A stretch of 64,000 nucleotides of DNA from Longimicrobiales bacterium (GTDB lineage Bacteria; Gemmatimonadota; Gemmatimonadetes; Longimicrobiales; Gaopeijiaceae). The notes beneath the pieces are model-generated. The model ran no database searches, was not told the DNA's origin, and saw only the letters and a list, made by a program, of their open reading frames with translations. Within the stretch, counting starts at the first letter, position 1, and the number at the start of each line of letters is the position of its first letter. Both the position numbers and the translations under genes were made by a program. Below, in pieces: positions 63,026-64,000 of the stretch. The DNA lies in NCBI GenBank assembly GCA_965226375.1, contig CBDDCX010000008.1, forward strand, positions 1,920,001-1,984,000, in the 5' to 3' direction.

Positions 63026-64000
63026 TCAATCGGGTGCCGAAGTGACGCCACCAAGCGCGAGGCGCTGCCAACGAAGAGAGATCCGAAGTGTTCGCCCCGG
63101 ATCGGGATAAGCGAAAATCAGAGCATCCTTGTGATCGACCAGCCGATCCACGTCCAAGCGGATCTCGATGGAACCGCCTCTCGCTCGCCATCGCCGCGCG
63201 ACTCCAACGCCGGTGGTCCAGAAACTGGGGAGCTCATTCACATCGTTGGGAACGGGAAACCGGGCCCCGGTGAATTCCATGCGGAGCGATCCGGACCACT
63301 GCGTGTTCGACCAGGAGGCTCCGGTGCTCCCGCGAAAACGAGGCCGGTACACGAGCTGGACGTCGCTCGACATGGGACGGATGTAGGTCGCGTGATTCCA
63401 TGACCAGTCCGCTCTTACGTCGACGCCCCGAGAGGGCCACCGGATCTGTGTGCGCAGGTCGACGCCTCGCCTCTGTACGTCGAGGTTGCGAGGACTCCAC
63501 ACGAACCGGTAGTCGGGCAGCCACACGATCATCCCCAGAACGTCTCCGGCGTACGCCTCGCCATCGAACGAAAGCTGCGAACGCTCCATCGTGAGGCGTA
63601 GGCCCATTCCACCCACCCACTCCGACGGGACCCGCTCGGGACCGAGATCCGGGTTCGGCTCGACGCCGACCCCCTCACGGAAGAATTGATCGCCGAGCGT
63701 AGGGGGGCTGAACGAGCTCCGGTGCCCCATGTGGAAGTCGACGGCCGACCATCGGGCCGAGAAGCGCAGGTCGTGGCTCAGGTACCATTCGGTGGGGAAG
63801 CCGCTTCGGTCCACCCGGACGGAGGCGCTCAACGCCGACCGTCGACCCATGTCTATCGACGGGGACATCCACGCACCGATGTCGGTTCGAGACGCGATCT
63901 CGCCCAGATCGAGAGCCGTGCTCTGCACTCGCACGTGTGAGGCTGCGAGTCCCATGGCGAGGTCAGCCGCACCCCAAGGCACAGTGGATCCGTGGATCTC
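63026..64000 (-). CDS. TonB-dependent receptor, C-terminal part
   Basis: SFSPPTLGDQF, PNPDLGPER, WSPRN, YRPR, YPDPGRTLRISLRW; runs off the window end. Confidence 0.85.
   Translation of the reverse strand, partial: EIHGSTVPWGAADLAMGLAASHVRVQSTALDLGEIASRTDIGAWMSPSIDMGRRSALSASVRVDRSGFPTEWYLSHDLRFSARWSAVDFHMGHRSSFSPPTLGDQFFREGVGVEPNPDLGPERVPSEWVGGMGLRLTMERSQLSFDGEAYAGDVLGMIVWLPDYRFVWSPRNLDVQRRGVDLRTQIRWPSRGVDVRADWSWNHATYIRPMSSDVQLVYRPRFRGSTGASWSNTQWSGSLRMEFTGARFPVPNDVNELPSFWTTGVGVARRWRARGGSIEIRLDVDRLVDHKDALIFAYPDPGRTLRISLRWQRLALGGVTSAPD

Overview
GC-rich bacterial window. Gene content (expanded 'ERELGEGGMATVYLA' Ser/Thr kinases, PadR + ADOP-type ABC permeases, choice-of-anchor B protein) suggests Gemmatimonadota; this is an inference. 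The left ~24 kb is a decaying, recombination-rich accessory region. It has five kinase 5' ends (three share a ~110-140 bp leader), three near-identical 42-bp bulged-hairpin direct repeats bracketing lipoprotein genes like cassettes, and attC-like half-sites without an integrase. It also has a triple-nested IS (IS1595 in IS256 in IS256 in a lipoprotein gene, all target duplications readable) and a class C group II intron behind a terminator. The 24-35 kb stretch is a run of small genes including an AAC(6')-I-like acetyltransferase and an ArsC-like UxxC selenoprotein missed by the ORF track. Two IS3-family copies (one with its catalytic core deleted, inserted in a GAF gene) flank ychF. The right half is mostly core: leuABCD with an attenuator whose Leu-rich leader is in frame with leuA, a three-gene sdh operon, aquaporin, thrBC, cytochrome c, a choice-of-anchor B protein and a partial TonB receptor with a beta-propeller lipoprotein. 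Many genes carry frameshifts, nonsense codons or truncations. No rRNA, tRNA or CRISPR array was seen.
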